From the NCBI GenBank assembly GCA_032161105.1, contig JAVHTD010000024.1: a DNA stretch of 45,382 nt, one strand, 5' to 3'. Position numbers and translations under genes: made by a program. Numbering within the stretch: the first letter of the stretch is position 1; each line of letters starts with the position of its first letter. Under the pieces are notes generated by a model, which was not told the origin of the DNA, made no database searches, and saw nothing but the letters and a program-made list of their open reading frames with translations. This stretch comes from Candidatus Thermosaccharophagus tengchongensis (lineage in GTDB: Bacteria; Armatimonadota; Fervidibacteria; Fervidibacterales; Thermosaccharophagaceae). Shown here one piece after another: positions 1 through 10,232 of the stretch.

Positions 1-2
1 TC

Positions 3-467
3 AAGGTCACTTTGCAGTTGGGCAATTGGCAGCACGAATGGGAAGTTATCGCCGAGGTCATTGAGGAAGGTTTCCATCGTGTCTTTCCGCTTCGCGTTCA
101 ACCTGTTACGCCCGAGATGAAAGTTGTTGGCAAACAAATTCGTTTCGTCAGCAAAGTTATGCCGTTCACTCAAGGCAGTTTGATTGAGGAAATGCGCCAA
201 CGGGGGCTGGGGCGACCTTCAACTTACGCTAAAATTGTTCAGACACTTATTGAACGCGGCTATGTCGTTGAACACAAAGGTTTTCTGTTCGCTACAGAAT
301 TGGGACGACAAGTTCACCAGTGGCTTCGCCTTCGCTTCCCAGAGTTTGCCGATGAAGCGCTCACAAGAGACATGGAAGAAAAAGGTGACAAAATTGAGAC
401 AGGCGAACTTGACTACCAGTCCGTCCTTTGGGAATTAAGACGAAGCCGCTTGTTCAGCCGTCAATAG
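3..467 (+). CDS. rgy: Reverse gyrase, C-terminal part of the topoisomerase IA module (5' end outside window)
   Basis: FTQGSLIEEMRQRGLGRPSTYAKIVQTLIERGYV...TELG...TRDMEE..D.IE.G..DY..VL matches the topo IA C-terminal segment. It ends without the Zn ribbons of TopA, as reverse gyrase does. Frame is open to the window edge. Confidence 0.8.
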   Translation, partial: KVTLQLGNWQHEWEVIAEVIEEGFHRVFPLRVQPVTPEMKVVGKQIRFVSKVMPFTQGSLIEEMRQRGLGRPSTYAKIVQTLIERGYVVEHKGFLFATELGRQVHQWLRLRFPEFADEALTRDMEEKGDKIETGELDYQSVLWELRRSRLFSRQ

Positions 468-796
468 GCGCTCTATCAACGCTTGCGAATGGGCGGGCTT
501 TTTCGGCAAGATCCTCAAATTTGTGCCATCCCCGCGCACGGATGGGCCGAAAATGGGCAAATTTTACCCCATACGCCGACTGTTGGGGGAAAACAATTTA
601 GCGCCGAGTTTGGTCGGCGTTGGCGCGCAAAATCTTGCCGAATCTATGGCAGATTTTGGATGGTGCTCAAAAGGGCTGGGAAGCTTTTAAACCGAGCTTT
701 AGCTTCGTGTGATTCACGAAATGTGTCAGGAAAAGCTGGTTGTTTGATCCTGCATGCAGGAGTTAGCCTTAAAGTTGGACAGCGCATTAAAAATCG

Positions 797-825
797 TTGA
801 CATGCCTTAAAGGCTGTGCTAAGAT
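797..825 (+). promoter_or_regulatory. Sigma70-type promoter for the oxidoreductase-trmH-epimerase operon
   Basis: TTGACA (797-802), 17-bp spacer, TAAGAT (820-825) preceded by TGn; SD GGAGGTG upstream of the TTG start at 895. Confidence 0.75.
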
Positions 826-894
826 GTAGGCAATGTGCCGATCAGCGAAAGCGATTTGTGGCATAAGCAATTCCGCACTCGGAGGTGAGTCAAC

Positions 895-1923
895 TTGAGT
901 AGCGGGGAGATAAGAGTTGGATTGGTTGGGTGCGGTGTAATGGGGCGGTCGCTTGCTCTGGAACTTAAGAAGGTGGATGGTGCGCTCTTGGTGGGTGTAT
1001 GTGATGTCTCAAGGGAAGGTGCCGAAAAGCTCGGCAGCGAGCTTGATGTTCAAGCGCACACTGACCCAATCACTTTCGTAACGCTCGGTGAGCTTGATGC
1101 TGTTATCATTGCAACGCCGCCATTCACGCACAAGGACTTGACCATCGCAGCTGCTGATGCGGGCAAGCATGTGTTCTGTGAGAAGCCGATGGCTCCAACG
1201 ACTGCTGATTGCCTTGAGATGATTCGTGCCTGTGAGCGTAACGGGGTCAAGCTCATGATCGGGCAGGTTTGCCGATACCATCCTATGCACCGAGCCATTA
1301 AGGAGGAGGTTGACTCTGGTAGGCTCGGCAAGCTCATCTCAATTTTCGTTTACAGGGTTGGCGGGGCTTTCAGTGGCATCTGGGATGTGCCATGGCGCAA
1401 ATCCAAAGCGCAATCCGGTGGGGCACTTATGGAAATAAACACGCACGAGCTTGATTTCATGCGATGGGTTGGTGGCGAGGTTGAAAGCGTGTTTGCGTGT
1501 GGTGGAAACTATGTTCGCAAGGATTGGGACTACCCAGATTGCGCTTTCGTATCGCTAAAGTATCGTAGCGGTGCTGTCGGGGTGCTGCATTCAAGTCAGG
1601 TCTCAACAATCGGCGGCTATGGATGCAGGGTTGAATGTGAGGGTGGCTCAATACTGCTCCCGTCGTTTTGGGGTGAGGGTGCTGAGATGGTGATAAAGGA
1701 AGTTGGGGGCGATGAGAGGCACATTCGTATTGACGAACTCTCAAAGCGCTCTCATGGCTCACCTGTATGGCAGGAGTTGAATGAGTTCGTGAGGGCAGTA
1801 TGCGAGGGACGAGAGCCGGAGATAACCGGCTACGATGGAATGGCAGCCGTTGAACTGGCTGAAGCCGCTTACATGTCAATTGATAGTGGCGAACCAATCA
1901 AGTTGCCGCTTGTTGAGCGATAG
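895..1923 (+). CDS. Gfo/Idh/MocA family NAD(P)-dependent oxidoreductase
   Basis: VGLVGCGVMG Rossmann motif, GKHVFCEKP, GGALMEINTHELD. Confidence 0.92.
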   Translation: MSSGEIRVGLVGCGVMGRSLALELKKVDGALLVGVCDVSREGAEKLGSELDVQAHTDPITFVTLGELDAVIIATPPFTHKDLTIAAADAGKHVFCEKPMAPTTADCLEMIRACERNGVKLMIGQVCRYHPMHRAIKEEVDSGRLGKLISIFVYRVGGAFSGIWDVPWRKSKAQSGGALMEINTHELDFMRWVGGEVESVFACGGNYVRKDWDYPDCAFVSLKYRSGAVGVLHSSQVSTIGGYGCRVECEGGSILLPSFWGEGAEMVIKEVGGDERHIRIDELSKRSHGSPVWQELNEFVRAVCEGREPEITGYDGMAAVELAEAAYMSIDSGEPIKLPLVER

Positions 1924-1976
1924 CGCATTCGGTAGCATGCATTAGTTCAGGTCGTGTATGAACGGGGCGAGCAACG

Positions 1977-2627
1977 ATGCAGCGCCGTGTGACTGATGAA
2001 AGGCTTGAGAAGATGATGGAAGTGCTGAACAGGCGGCAGGCAACGCTTCGTGTCGTCCTTGAGGAAATTCACAACCCGAAAAACATCTCTGCCATCATGA
2101 GGAGTTGCGATAGTGCTGGTGTGCAATATGTGCATGTGATCTACACAGGCTTGAAGCCGCTTGTGCTTGATGCAAACATAACTAAAGGTGCTCACCAGTG
2201 GATAACAACAATAGTGCACACTTCAACTGATGAATGTCTAAGGGAGCTCAAGCGGATGGGTTACGCCATCTATTGCACTCACATTGATGTTACGGCGAAG
2301 GACTTCACTGAAGTTGATTATACTCGTCCCGTTGCCATAGTTTTCGGGAATGAACAACACGGCGTTTCGGAAGTAGCGTTGAGCTTTGCTGATGAGCGCA
2401 TCGTCATACCGCAGATGGGCTTCTCGCAAAGCTTGAATGTCTCCGCATCAGTTGCTGTGATCCTATACGAGGCATTGAAGCAGAGGCGTGCGGTTGGCAT
2501 GTATGATGAGCCAACCATGAGCGAGCTTGAGAGGGAAAGAGTGCTCAGCGAATGGCTGGAACGGGAGAGGAGATTGAAGGTTAACAATTCGCAAAGGTGG
2601 GAGGTGAGCGAGCAATGGGAGGGTTAA
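1977..2627 (+). CDS. trmH: tRNA (guanosine(18)-2'-O)-methyltransferase, SpoU/TrmH family
   Basis: VVLEEIHNPKNISAIMRSCD, IVFGNEQHGVS and IPQMGFSQSLNVS motifs, with the TrmH-type N- and C-terminal helices. Confidence 0.85.
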   Translation: MQRRVTDERLEKMMEVLNRRQATLRVVLEEIHNPKNISAIMRSCDSAGVQYVHVIYTGLKPLVLDANITKGAHQWITTIVHTSTDECLRELKRMGYAIYCTHIDVTAKDFTEVDYTRPVAIVFGNEQHGVSEVALSFADERIVIPQMGFSQSLNVSASVAVILYEALKQRRAVGMYDEPTMSELERERVLSEWLERERRLKVNNSQRWEVSEQWEG

Positions 2628-3439
2628 TCTATTGCCTTAACACGAGCACCATCCGCCCAGCCAAGCTGCTTGATAAGATACGCATAGCCGGTGAATGCGG
2701 CTATGGAGCAATAGAGCTATGGAATGATGAAATAGACGAGGCGCTGCGCTCCGGCGTGAGCATGGGCGAGATTGTGAAAGCGCTATCGGACTATGGTCTT
2801 AGCGTTCCAAGCGTCATAGCTGTTCACAATTGGATGACGGCGAATGGTGATGAGTATCGCAAGGCGCTTGATGAAGCGAGAAGGCGCATGGAGCAGGCTG
2901 CCGAAGTCGGTGCAAAACGCATTGTCGCAACACCGCCAGTGAAGGTTGATGGCGCAATTGATATGCGCATGGCTGCGGATAGATACAACGAATTGCTCAA
3001 CCTCGGAAGGAGCATTGGTGTTCTTCCGGCTGTTGAGTTCCTCGGCTTCTCGGAAGTCATCCATCGTGTAGATCAGGCATGGGAGATAGTCAAACTGTCT
3101 GGGGCGAGCGATGGTTCAATCGTCCTTGACACCTTTCACCTTTATCGTGGGGGTTCATCGCTTGAAGATGTGCCGGACCTTTCGGGTGATTTCATCGCCA
3201 TATTTCACTTCAACGATGTTCCAGCAAACATCGCAAGGGAAAAACTCACCGATGCCGATAGGATTTACCCAGGTGATGGCATATTGCCATTGCGCCAAAT
3301 CGTCAGTGATGTGATTGGGAGGGGTTATAGCGGCGCAATATCGCTTGAGCTCTTCAACAGAGAGCTGTGGGGTAAGGATCCTAAGGAAGTTGCGCAAGTC
3401 GGCATTGAAAAGATGAGGGCGATCGTTGAGAGCCTGTGA
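2615..3439 (+). CDS. Sugar phosphate isomerase/epimerase (xylose isomerase-like TIM barrel)
   Basis: GYGAIELW, AVEFLG, LDTFH, HFND, RIYPGDG, SLELF metal-binding pattern; ATG at 2615 with SD GGAGGTG. Confidence 0.88.
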   Translation: MGGLIYCLNTSTIRPAKLLDKIRIAGECGYGAIELWNDEIDEALRSGVSMGEIVKALSDYGLSVPSVIAVHNWMTANGDEYRKALDEARRRMEQAAEVGAKRIVATPPVKVDGAIDMRMAADRYNELLNLGRSIGVLPAVEFLGFSEVIHRVDQAWEIVKLSGASDGSIVLDTFHLYRGGSSLEDVPDLSGDFIAIFHFNDVPANIAREKLTDADRIYPGDGILPLRQIVSDVIGRGYSGAISLELFNRELWGKDPKEVAQVGIEKMRAIVESL

Positions 3440-3561
3440 GGCGATGCCGCTTTATTGAGAGTTTGTTTCGTTTGGCGGCGTGTCAACAGGGTTGAGATAT
3501 CGGCAGGTTAGAGGGCTCATGTTGGATGGAGAGAGAGCATGATGCGCTAAACTGAAAAAAT

Positions 3562-3657
3562 GGAGAGGTGCCCGAGTGGACGAAGGGGCGCGACTCGAAA
3601 TCGCGTAGGGGTGGAAAGGACCACCCCTCGGGGGTTCGAATCCCCCCCTCTCCGCCA
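3562..3657 (+). tRNA. tRNA-Ser (anticodon CGA), CCA encoded
   Basis: GGAGAGG/CCTCTCC acceptor stem, anticodon arm CGCGA-CT-CGA-AA-TCGCG, long variable arm, GGTTCGAATCC T-loop, ends GCCA. Confidence 0.97.
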
Positions 3658-3675
3658 TCGTCATGCAGCTTCGTC

Positions 3676-3771
3676 GGAGTGGTGCCCGAGTGGACGAAGG
3701 GGCGGCTCTGGAAAAGCCGTAGGGGCGGCGAATACCGTCCCTCGCGGGTTCGAATCCCGCCCACTCCGCCA
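3676..3771 (+). tRNA. tRNA-Ser (anticodon GGA), CCA encoded
   Basis: GGAGTGG/CCACTCC acceptor stem, anticodon arm CGGCT-CT-GGA-AA-AGCCG, long variable arm, GGTTCGAATCC, ends GCCA. Confidence 0.97.
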
Positions 3772-3833
3772 CGGCAAAATGGGAAGGCATAAGGCGAGTT
3801 AGTGCGCCTACGCGGCGGTCGTCAGCTTCCGAT

Positions 3834-4751
3834 CTACGAGCGAAAGATGTGAGTGACTATCCCCAACCTTTCCCTGCACCTGATACATGGATGCACGAGG
3901 AACCTGAGAATGTTAGTAATGCCCTCCTTCACGATGGCGAGGAACTTAAATGCGATGGCGGAGCTGCCGCAATGCTTCCTCAGGTATGCGCAGGCGCTTG
4001 AAAAGAACGCGCGCCTTGCAAGCTCACTCGCCTTTGAGGTTGAAGTGCCATGTAAGTGCACTACACGCGCATTTGGGCAATACGAGATGCGCCAGCCGAG
4101 CTTGTGAGCGCGGATGCACAAGTCCACATCCTCAAAGTAGAGGAAGAAGCGTTCATCCATACCGCCAACTTCCATCAACGCCTTGCGCCTGCAAAACATC
4201 ACAGCGCCAGACACTTCCTCAACATCTGAAGCTGTTCTGTAGTCTCGCCCCTTTCCGAGGAGGCGAACTTCAACAGCGCCGCGCAAGCCGATGAGTGAGA
4301 GCGCAATGTGAATCGGCCTTTGCGCTCTCCTTCCGGATGGCTGCAGTGTGCCATCGCAATTCAAAAGCATCGGACCAACTATGCCGATGCGCTCATCGCT
4401 TTCGGTGAATGAGAGAAGTTGGTGCAGCGCTTCGGTGGCGAGAATGCAATCTGGGTTGAGGATGAGCACATAGTCGCCACGCGCTTCCCTCAAGCCAACA
4501 TTTACGGCTTTAGCGTAGCCCAAGTTCTCTTTAGATGCAATGAGCTTCGCCATTGGGAAATGCTTACGCACAACTGCTGCAGTGCCATCAGGTGATGCAT
4601 TGTCCACGACGATCAACTCAATTGCAGCTTTTGCGTGTTTGGCGGATTCCAAGATGCTGTTAAGGCATGCCCCCACCGTATCCTCAGATGCATGTGTGAC
4701 AACAATTGCTGAGATGTGCGGCTTCGTGGCATCAACCAAGTTCCCGATCAC
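3834..4751 (-). CDS. Glycosyltransferase family 2 (WbbL/rhamnosyltransferase-like)
   Basis: IVVDNASPDGT, NLGYAKAVN, ILNPD, GGMDERFFLYFEDVDLC. Confidence 0.9.
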   Translation of the reverse strand: MIGNLVDATKPHISAIVVTHASEDTVGACLNSILESAKHAKAAIELIVVDNASPDGTAAVVRKHFPMAKLIASKENLGYAKAVNVGLREARGDYVLILNPDCILATEALHQLLSFTESDERIGIVGPMLLNCDGTLQPSGRRAQRPIHIALSLIGLRGAVEVRLLGKGRDYRTASDVEEVSGAVMFCRRKALMEVGGMDERFFLYFEDVDLCIRAHKLGWRISYCPNARVVHLHGTSTSKASELARRAFFSSACAYLRKHCGSSAIAFKFLAIVKEGITNILRFLVHPCIRCRERLGIVTHIFRS

Positions 4752-4802
4752 CCTTGCCGGGTTGTTGGGAAGTGATGTTCATCATCGGCATCGCTGCTCA
4801 AG

Positions 4803-5582
4803 TTAAGCTCCCATAAGTGAATGCGATGCCTTAAGGTATGCCTCTACGACATCCTTTGGCGAGCCATCCATCTTGATGATGCCTTGTTCAAGCCATATGA
4901 CGCGCGATGCGAGTGCGCGCACCCATGGCAGGTAATGTGTCACGAAGATGAGCGTCACTCCGTTCTCGTTCAACTCGCGCAGCTTTGACAGCGCCTTGCC
5001 TTGGAAATACTCATCGGTGGCTTGCAGCAATTCATCTATGAGCAGTATTTGAGGCGATGCATGTATTCCGAGGGAGAAGCCGAGCCTGATGGACATGCCA
5101 GTTGAGAGTGTCCTCATCGGGGCGTTAATTACGCCCTCAAGTTCGGCAAACTCAAGAATGCTTTTGAGCTTTCCGGCGATCTCGGATATGCTCATGCCCA
5201 TCGTCACGCCCACAAAGAGCAAGTTATCAAGGACGGTCAACTCCGGATGGAATCCGCCAGCGACACCGAGCATCGCCACAGTTTTGCCGCGCACTATGCA
5301 CTCTCCACTTGTGGGCTTGTAGACTCCGGCGAGTATTGCGAGCAGCGTTGTCTTGCCGCTGCCATTCGGACCAATGATCGCCACGCTCTCACCACAATGC
5401 ACATCAAATGAGATGCCGTTCAGCGCAACCACTTGCGCTGTCTTTGCCCTTCCGAGACGCACGATGGTCTCTTTGATTGTGCTTGGGCGATCAAAATAAC
5501 TTGTGAACACTTTGCGCAGATTGGAAACCCGTATTGCGATGCTGTCGGAATGGACATTCGGGTTTACACGATTGGACATCAT
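4803..5582 (-). CDS. Polysaccharide ABC exporter ATP-binding subunit (Wzt/TagH-like)
   Basis: GPNGSGKTT Walker A, GFHPELTVLDNL, LSTGM..RLGF signature, LLIDE Walker B, VTH. Start placed at ATG 5582; the track's N-terminal extension looks non-coding. Confidence 0.88.
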   Translation of the reverse strand: MMSNRVNPNVHSDSIAIRVSNLRKVFTSYFDRPSTIKETIVRLGRAKTAQVVALNGISFDVHCGESVAIIGPNGSGKTTLLAILAGVYKPTSGECIVRGKTVAMLGVAGGFHPELTVLDNLLFVGVTMGMSISEIAGKLKSILEFAELEGVINAPMRTLSTGMSIRLGFSLGIHASPQILLIDELLQATDEYFQGKALSKLRELNENGVTLIFVTHYLPWVRALASRVIWLEQGIIKMDGSPKDVVEAYLKASHSLMGA

Positions 5583-5813
5583 TTGCGCTGCTTCCCTTCG
5601 GGTTAAGTGGTGCGAGTGCAAGTTGCCCCTGTCGGTGGAATTATAGCGTTGCCGTGAGCCAAATTGCAAAGGTGCGCTTGGGTTGATTTGAGGGGCATCC
5701 TTTGGCATATTGGCTGATGAGGCGTGGCAATCGCCAAATGGGTTTGGTTGCACGCACATGCGTGATGGGTTGGCGAAATGGAGGTTTTTGAAATTTTGAA
5801 ATGCAGCGAGGTG

Positions 5814-7352
5814 ATGCGAGTGAACGGTATAACGCCGCAGAATGTGAGGGACCTTTGGATCAACAATATGCGTAACTTCCCGAGGAAGACATGCGTAGTG
5901 TGGCAGGGCGTTGAATACTCATTTGCGCAAGTTGATGATGCAACCGATAGGATATGCGCGGGCTTGCAACGCCGCTTCGGGATGAAGCGCGAGGACCGCG
6001 TAGCGATATGCTCTCCAAACTGCCTTGAGTTCTTCCTGCTCTATTGGGGTATAGTCAAAGGCGGTGGTGTTGTCGTCCCGATAAACACGCGCCTGACTCA
6101 TGAAGACATGCGCTACATGCTTGAGAATATTGACCCACTCGTCTTCTGCATCCACTCAAGCGTTCGTGATGTCGCTTCCAAGGCTTTGAGCACAGCCAAG
6201 TGCTCGCCAAAGTTGGTCACGATTGGATTTGACGAACCCGATGGCGTTAGCTTTGACGAGCTGTTGAAGGAAGAGAGGCTGCCGGAGTATCGCGACATTG
6301 ACCCAGAGCAGCTTGTGATCATCATGCACACATCCGGCACGACTGGCAGACCGAAGGGGGCAATGGTGACCCACAGCAACATCTTGTTCAACATACGCAT
6401 GGCTATAATTGCCCACAGCTGGCGGCACGAGGATGTGCATCTTCTCGTTGTCCCCATGTTTCATGCGACCGCTCTATACAGCATGCTTCCCGGTTCGGCT
6501 TACCTTGGGAGCACGATAGTGATTGCGCCGCGCCCGGATATACCCGAGGTTGTTCGGCTCATTGAGCAGCACAGGTGCACGACATTCTTTGGCGTCCCAA
6601 CGCTTTTTTACTTCCTGACCACATATCGCGGGTTGAAAGAACATGATTTGACGAGCCTGCGCTTAATCGCTTATGCCGGTGCACCAATGCCGCCGCAGAC
6701 AATAAGGAAGCTGCGGGAGCTTTTCCCGTGGGTGTGGCTTCACAACTTCTTTGGGCTCACCGAGACCATCTCAATGACGCATGTGCTGCCAAACAAGGAT
6801 GCGCTGACTCACCCCGAATCAATAGGCAAGGTGCTCCCTGAAGTGGCACAGCGCATAATTGACGAACACGGAAACGATGTCCGGATGGGAGAGGTCGGTG
6901 AACTGTGCTTCCACAAGCGCAATGTCGTCAAGGGCTATTGGAACCAGCCTGAGCTCATGCGTGAAGCCATGATCGGTGACTGGTTCAGGACGGGTGATTT
7001 GGCTTGCATTGATGAGGATGGCTATGTCTACCTCAAAGGGCGGAAGAAGGACATGATCATCGTTGCCGGGGAGAATGTCTATGCGCTTGAGGTTGAGAAT
7101 GCAATCCTCTCGCATGATGGCGTGATGGATGTCGCAGTTGTCGGTGTCCCAGCTAAAGGTGCTCTCTCATACCTCGGCGAGTTGATAAAGGCGGTCGTTG
7201 TTCCCAAGCCGGGTGTCAAGTTGACCGAGTCCGAGATAAAGCGGCATTGCTCAACGATCCTGCCAAGCTACAAAGTGCCGCACATAGTTGAGTTCAGAGA
7301 ACAACTCCCGCGCAACCCAGCCGGAAAGGTGATAAAGCGAGAGCTTGTATGA
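5814..7352 (+). CDS. Long-chain fatty acid--CoA ligase / AMP-binding enzyme
   Basis: HTSGTTGRPKG, FGLTET, WFRTGD, GRKKDMIIVAGENVY, PRNPAGK. Start approximate (5778/5814/5820). Confidence 0.9.
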   Translation: MRVNGITPQNVRDLWINNMRNFPRKTCVVWQGVEYSFAQVDDATDRICAGLQRRFGMKREDRVAICSPNCLEFFLLYWGIVKGGGVVVPINTRLTHEDMRYMLENIDPLVFCIHSSVRDVASKALSTAKCSPKLVTIGFDEPDGVSFDELLKEERLPEYRDIDPEQLVIIMHTSGTTGRPKGAMVTHSNILFNIRMAIIAHSWRHEDVHLLVVPMFHATALYSMLPGSAYLGSTIVIAPRPDIPEVVRLIEQHRCTTFFGVPTLFYFLTTYRGLKEHDLTSLRLIAYAGAPMPPQTIRKLRELFPWVWLHNFFGLTETISMTHVLPNKDALTHPESIGKVLPEVAQRIIDEHGNDVRMGEVGELCFHKRNVVKGYWNQPELMREAMIGDWFRTGDLACIDEDGYVYLKGRKKDMIIVAGENVYALEVENAILSHDGVMDVAVVGVPAKGALSYLGELIKAVVVPKPGVKLTESEIKRHCSTILPSYKVPHIVEFREQLPRNPAGKVIKRELV

Positions 7353-7456
7353 TTGAGCAAGCGCGCTGCATGTAACGCTTGTTTGGTGGCGTGCTTCACC
7401 ATCACTCAGAGTTGGTTGGGGTGTAAGCGATGGGACAGCGATGCAGCTGGCACTCA

Positions 7457-8938
7457 ATGAGAAAAATCGTCCCCTCCATCTTGCTCGCATTGTTCTGTCT
7501 GCCGCTCCTCATTGCGATGTGGCAACCCATCCCATATGTGATTGAGCGCTTTACGCCGGACGATGCCTACTACTACCTCAACACGGCATTGAACATAGCC
7601 AAAGGGCATGGCTCAACTTTTGACCGAGTCAACCCAACTAATGGCTATCACCCGCTGTGGATGCTCATCCTGATACCCATCTACTGGCTCTTTGGCGGCG
7701 TTGAACTGCCATTACGCATCGTCCTGTCTGTTGAGGTGATGCTGGTTTTGGCATCCATGTGGCTCTCGTTTGAGCTTATGCATCGGCATATATCAACTTG
7801 GGCTGGAGCGCTCTCAGCTATACTGCTTTACGCCTTCGTTGGGCTGGCTGGATTCTATGCGCTTGAGAGTCACTTACTTGTTTTCGTCTCGCTTGTAGCC
7901 GTTGCTTTCGCTGTAGCACATCCTCACATCTTTGAACCGGGTAAAGTCAGCTGTGACGATGTGAAGTGGGGTATAGCGCTTGCCCTGATCACGCTCTCAA
8001 GGCTTGATGCCGGATTCTTGTTCGCAAGCTATTTGTGCCTCCTCATTGCAAGAGGTATTTTTAGCAGGGAGTTCAATGTGGCAAAGCTATCCTCGTTCGC
8101 TCTCCCATATGCTTTCATGCTCTGCGCTTATCTTCTGTGGAACCGATTGCACTTTGGGCACTGGATGCCGATCAGTGGCGCATTGAAGATGGCATTCCCA
8201 AACATGGTTCTGGTCCCGAGGCATCTGCTCATAAAGTCAGTCTTAGTGAGGATGGCGATCCCAGTTGCAGCATCCATTGCGTATATCCTTGCGAGCGCTT
8301 CAAAAGAACATGTTGCAAGACTTTCCCAAATCCACTCGCCACTGCTCATGCTCAACATTTATGTGCTGCTGCACGCGTGCTATGCTGCTTTCTTTCAGGA
8401 CTGGGGTGTCTTCCCTTGGTATTTTGCACTCCCGCTTTGCATCGCCTCATTGACGCTCCCGGCGCTCATCTCGCTTTTACCTAACCGAAAGCTGATGGTC
8501 AGTCTGGTGATGGCAAGCGGCGCCGTGGTTGTGCTTGCCACCTTTTGCAAGTTGGCTTTGCCCTCCCGCCATGCCGGCTTGCGGAGATTGTATGAGCAAG
8601 CCATCTGGCTCAGGGAGAACACGGAGCCAAACGCGATTTGCATTGCTGAGGATGCCGGCATCATAGGCTATTATTCGCAGAGGCGCGTCATCAACCTTGA
8701 TGGGCTGATAAACAGTTACGAGTATCAGGATTACCTTGCTCAGGGGCGCTTTTCAGATTACCTCCGTGACAAAGGCGTGCAATACTTCATTGCAACTCGC
8801 GGCAACCCGGGGCACGGCAAGCCATTCCGATACGAGGCGTATAGCCACCTTTACAATGTCAGCGGTGGAAGCGTTGAGTTGCATCCACAGTGGCGCTTGA
8901 ATGGCGCGCCAATACCAACTTGGAGGCTGCCGAGGTGA
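7457..8938 (+). CDS. Polytopic membrane protein, probable GT-C (ArnT/PMT-like) glycosyltransferase
   Basis: N-terminal TM then DDAYYY...G.G..FD...TNGYHPLW; LES and SRLD motifs; multiple TMs; C-terminal DAGIIGYY...NLDGLIN soluble domain. Confidence 0.65.
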   Translation: MRKIVPSILLALFCLPLLIAMWQPIPYVIERFTPDDAYYYLNTALNIAKGHGSTFDRVNPTNGYHPLWMLILIPIYWLFGGVELPLRIVLSVEVMLVLASMWLSFELMHRHISTWAGALSAILLYAFVGLAGFYALESHLLVFVSLVAVAFAVAHPHIFEPGKVSCDDVKWGIALALITLSRLDAGFLFASYLCLLIARGIFSREFNVAKLSSFALPYAFMLCAYLLWNRLHFGHWMPISGALKMAFPNMVLVPRHLLIKSVLVRMAIPVAASIAYILASASKEHVARLSQIHSPLLMLNIYVLLHACYAAFFQDWGVFPWYFALPLCIASLTLPALISLLPNRKLMVSLVMASGAVVVLATFCKLALPSRHAGLRRLYEQAIWLRENTEPNAICIAEDAGIIGYYSQRRVINLDGLINSYEYQDYLAQGRFSDYLRDKGVQYFIATRGNPGHGKPFRYEAYSHLYNVSGGSVELHPQWRLNGAPIPTWRLPR

Positions 8939-10201
<1,263 letters not shown>

Positions 10202-10232
10202 GTTCTCCCCTCGGTTGATGAGGCGATAAGCG

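Noticed and set aside
483..800. 105-aa ORF after reverse gyrase
   Set aside because: No SD, no recognisable motif, and it overlies inverted repeats and the downstream -35 box; likely non-coding.
468..800. CRISPR array
   Set aside because: No regularly spaced direct repeats or cas genes here or elsewhere in the window.
3562..3771. tRNA-Sec or suppressor tRNA (long variable arm)
   Set aside because: Anticodons are CGA and GGA with normal 7-bp acceptor stems.
3452..3802. Four short ORFs with internal repeats
   Set aside because: They are translations of the two tandem tRNA-Ser genes.
3740..5800. tRNA-integrated island
   Set aside because: No integrase and no duplicated tRNA 3' end noticed.
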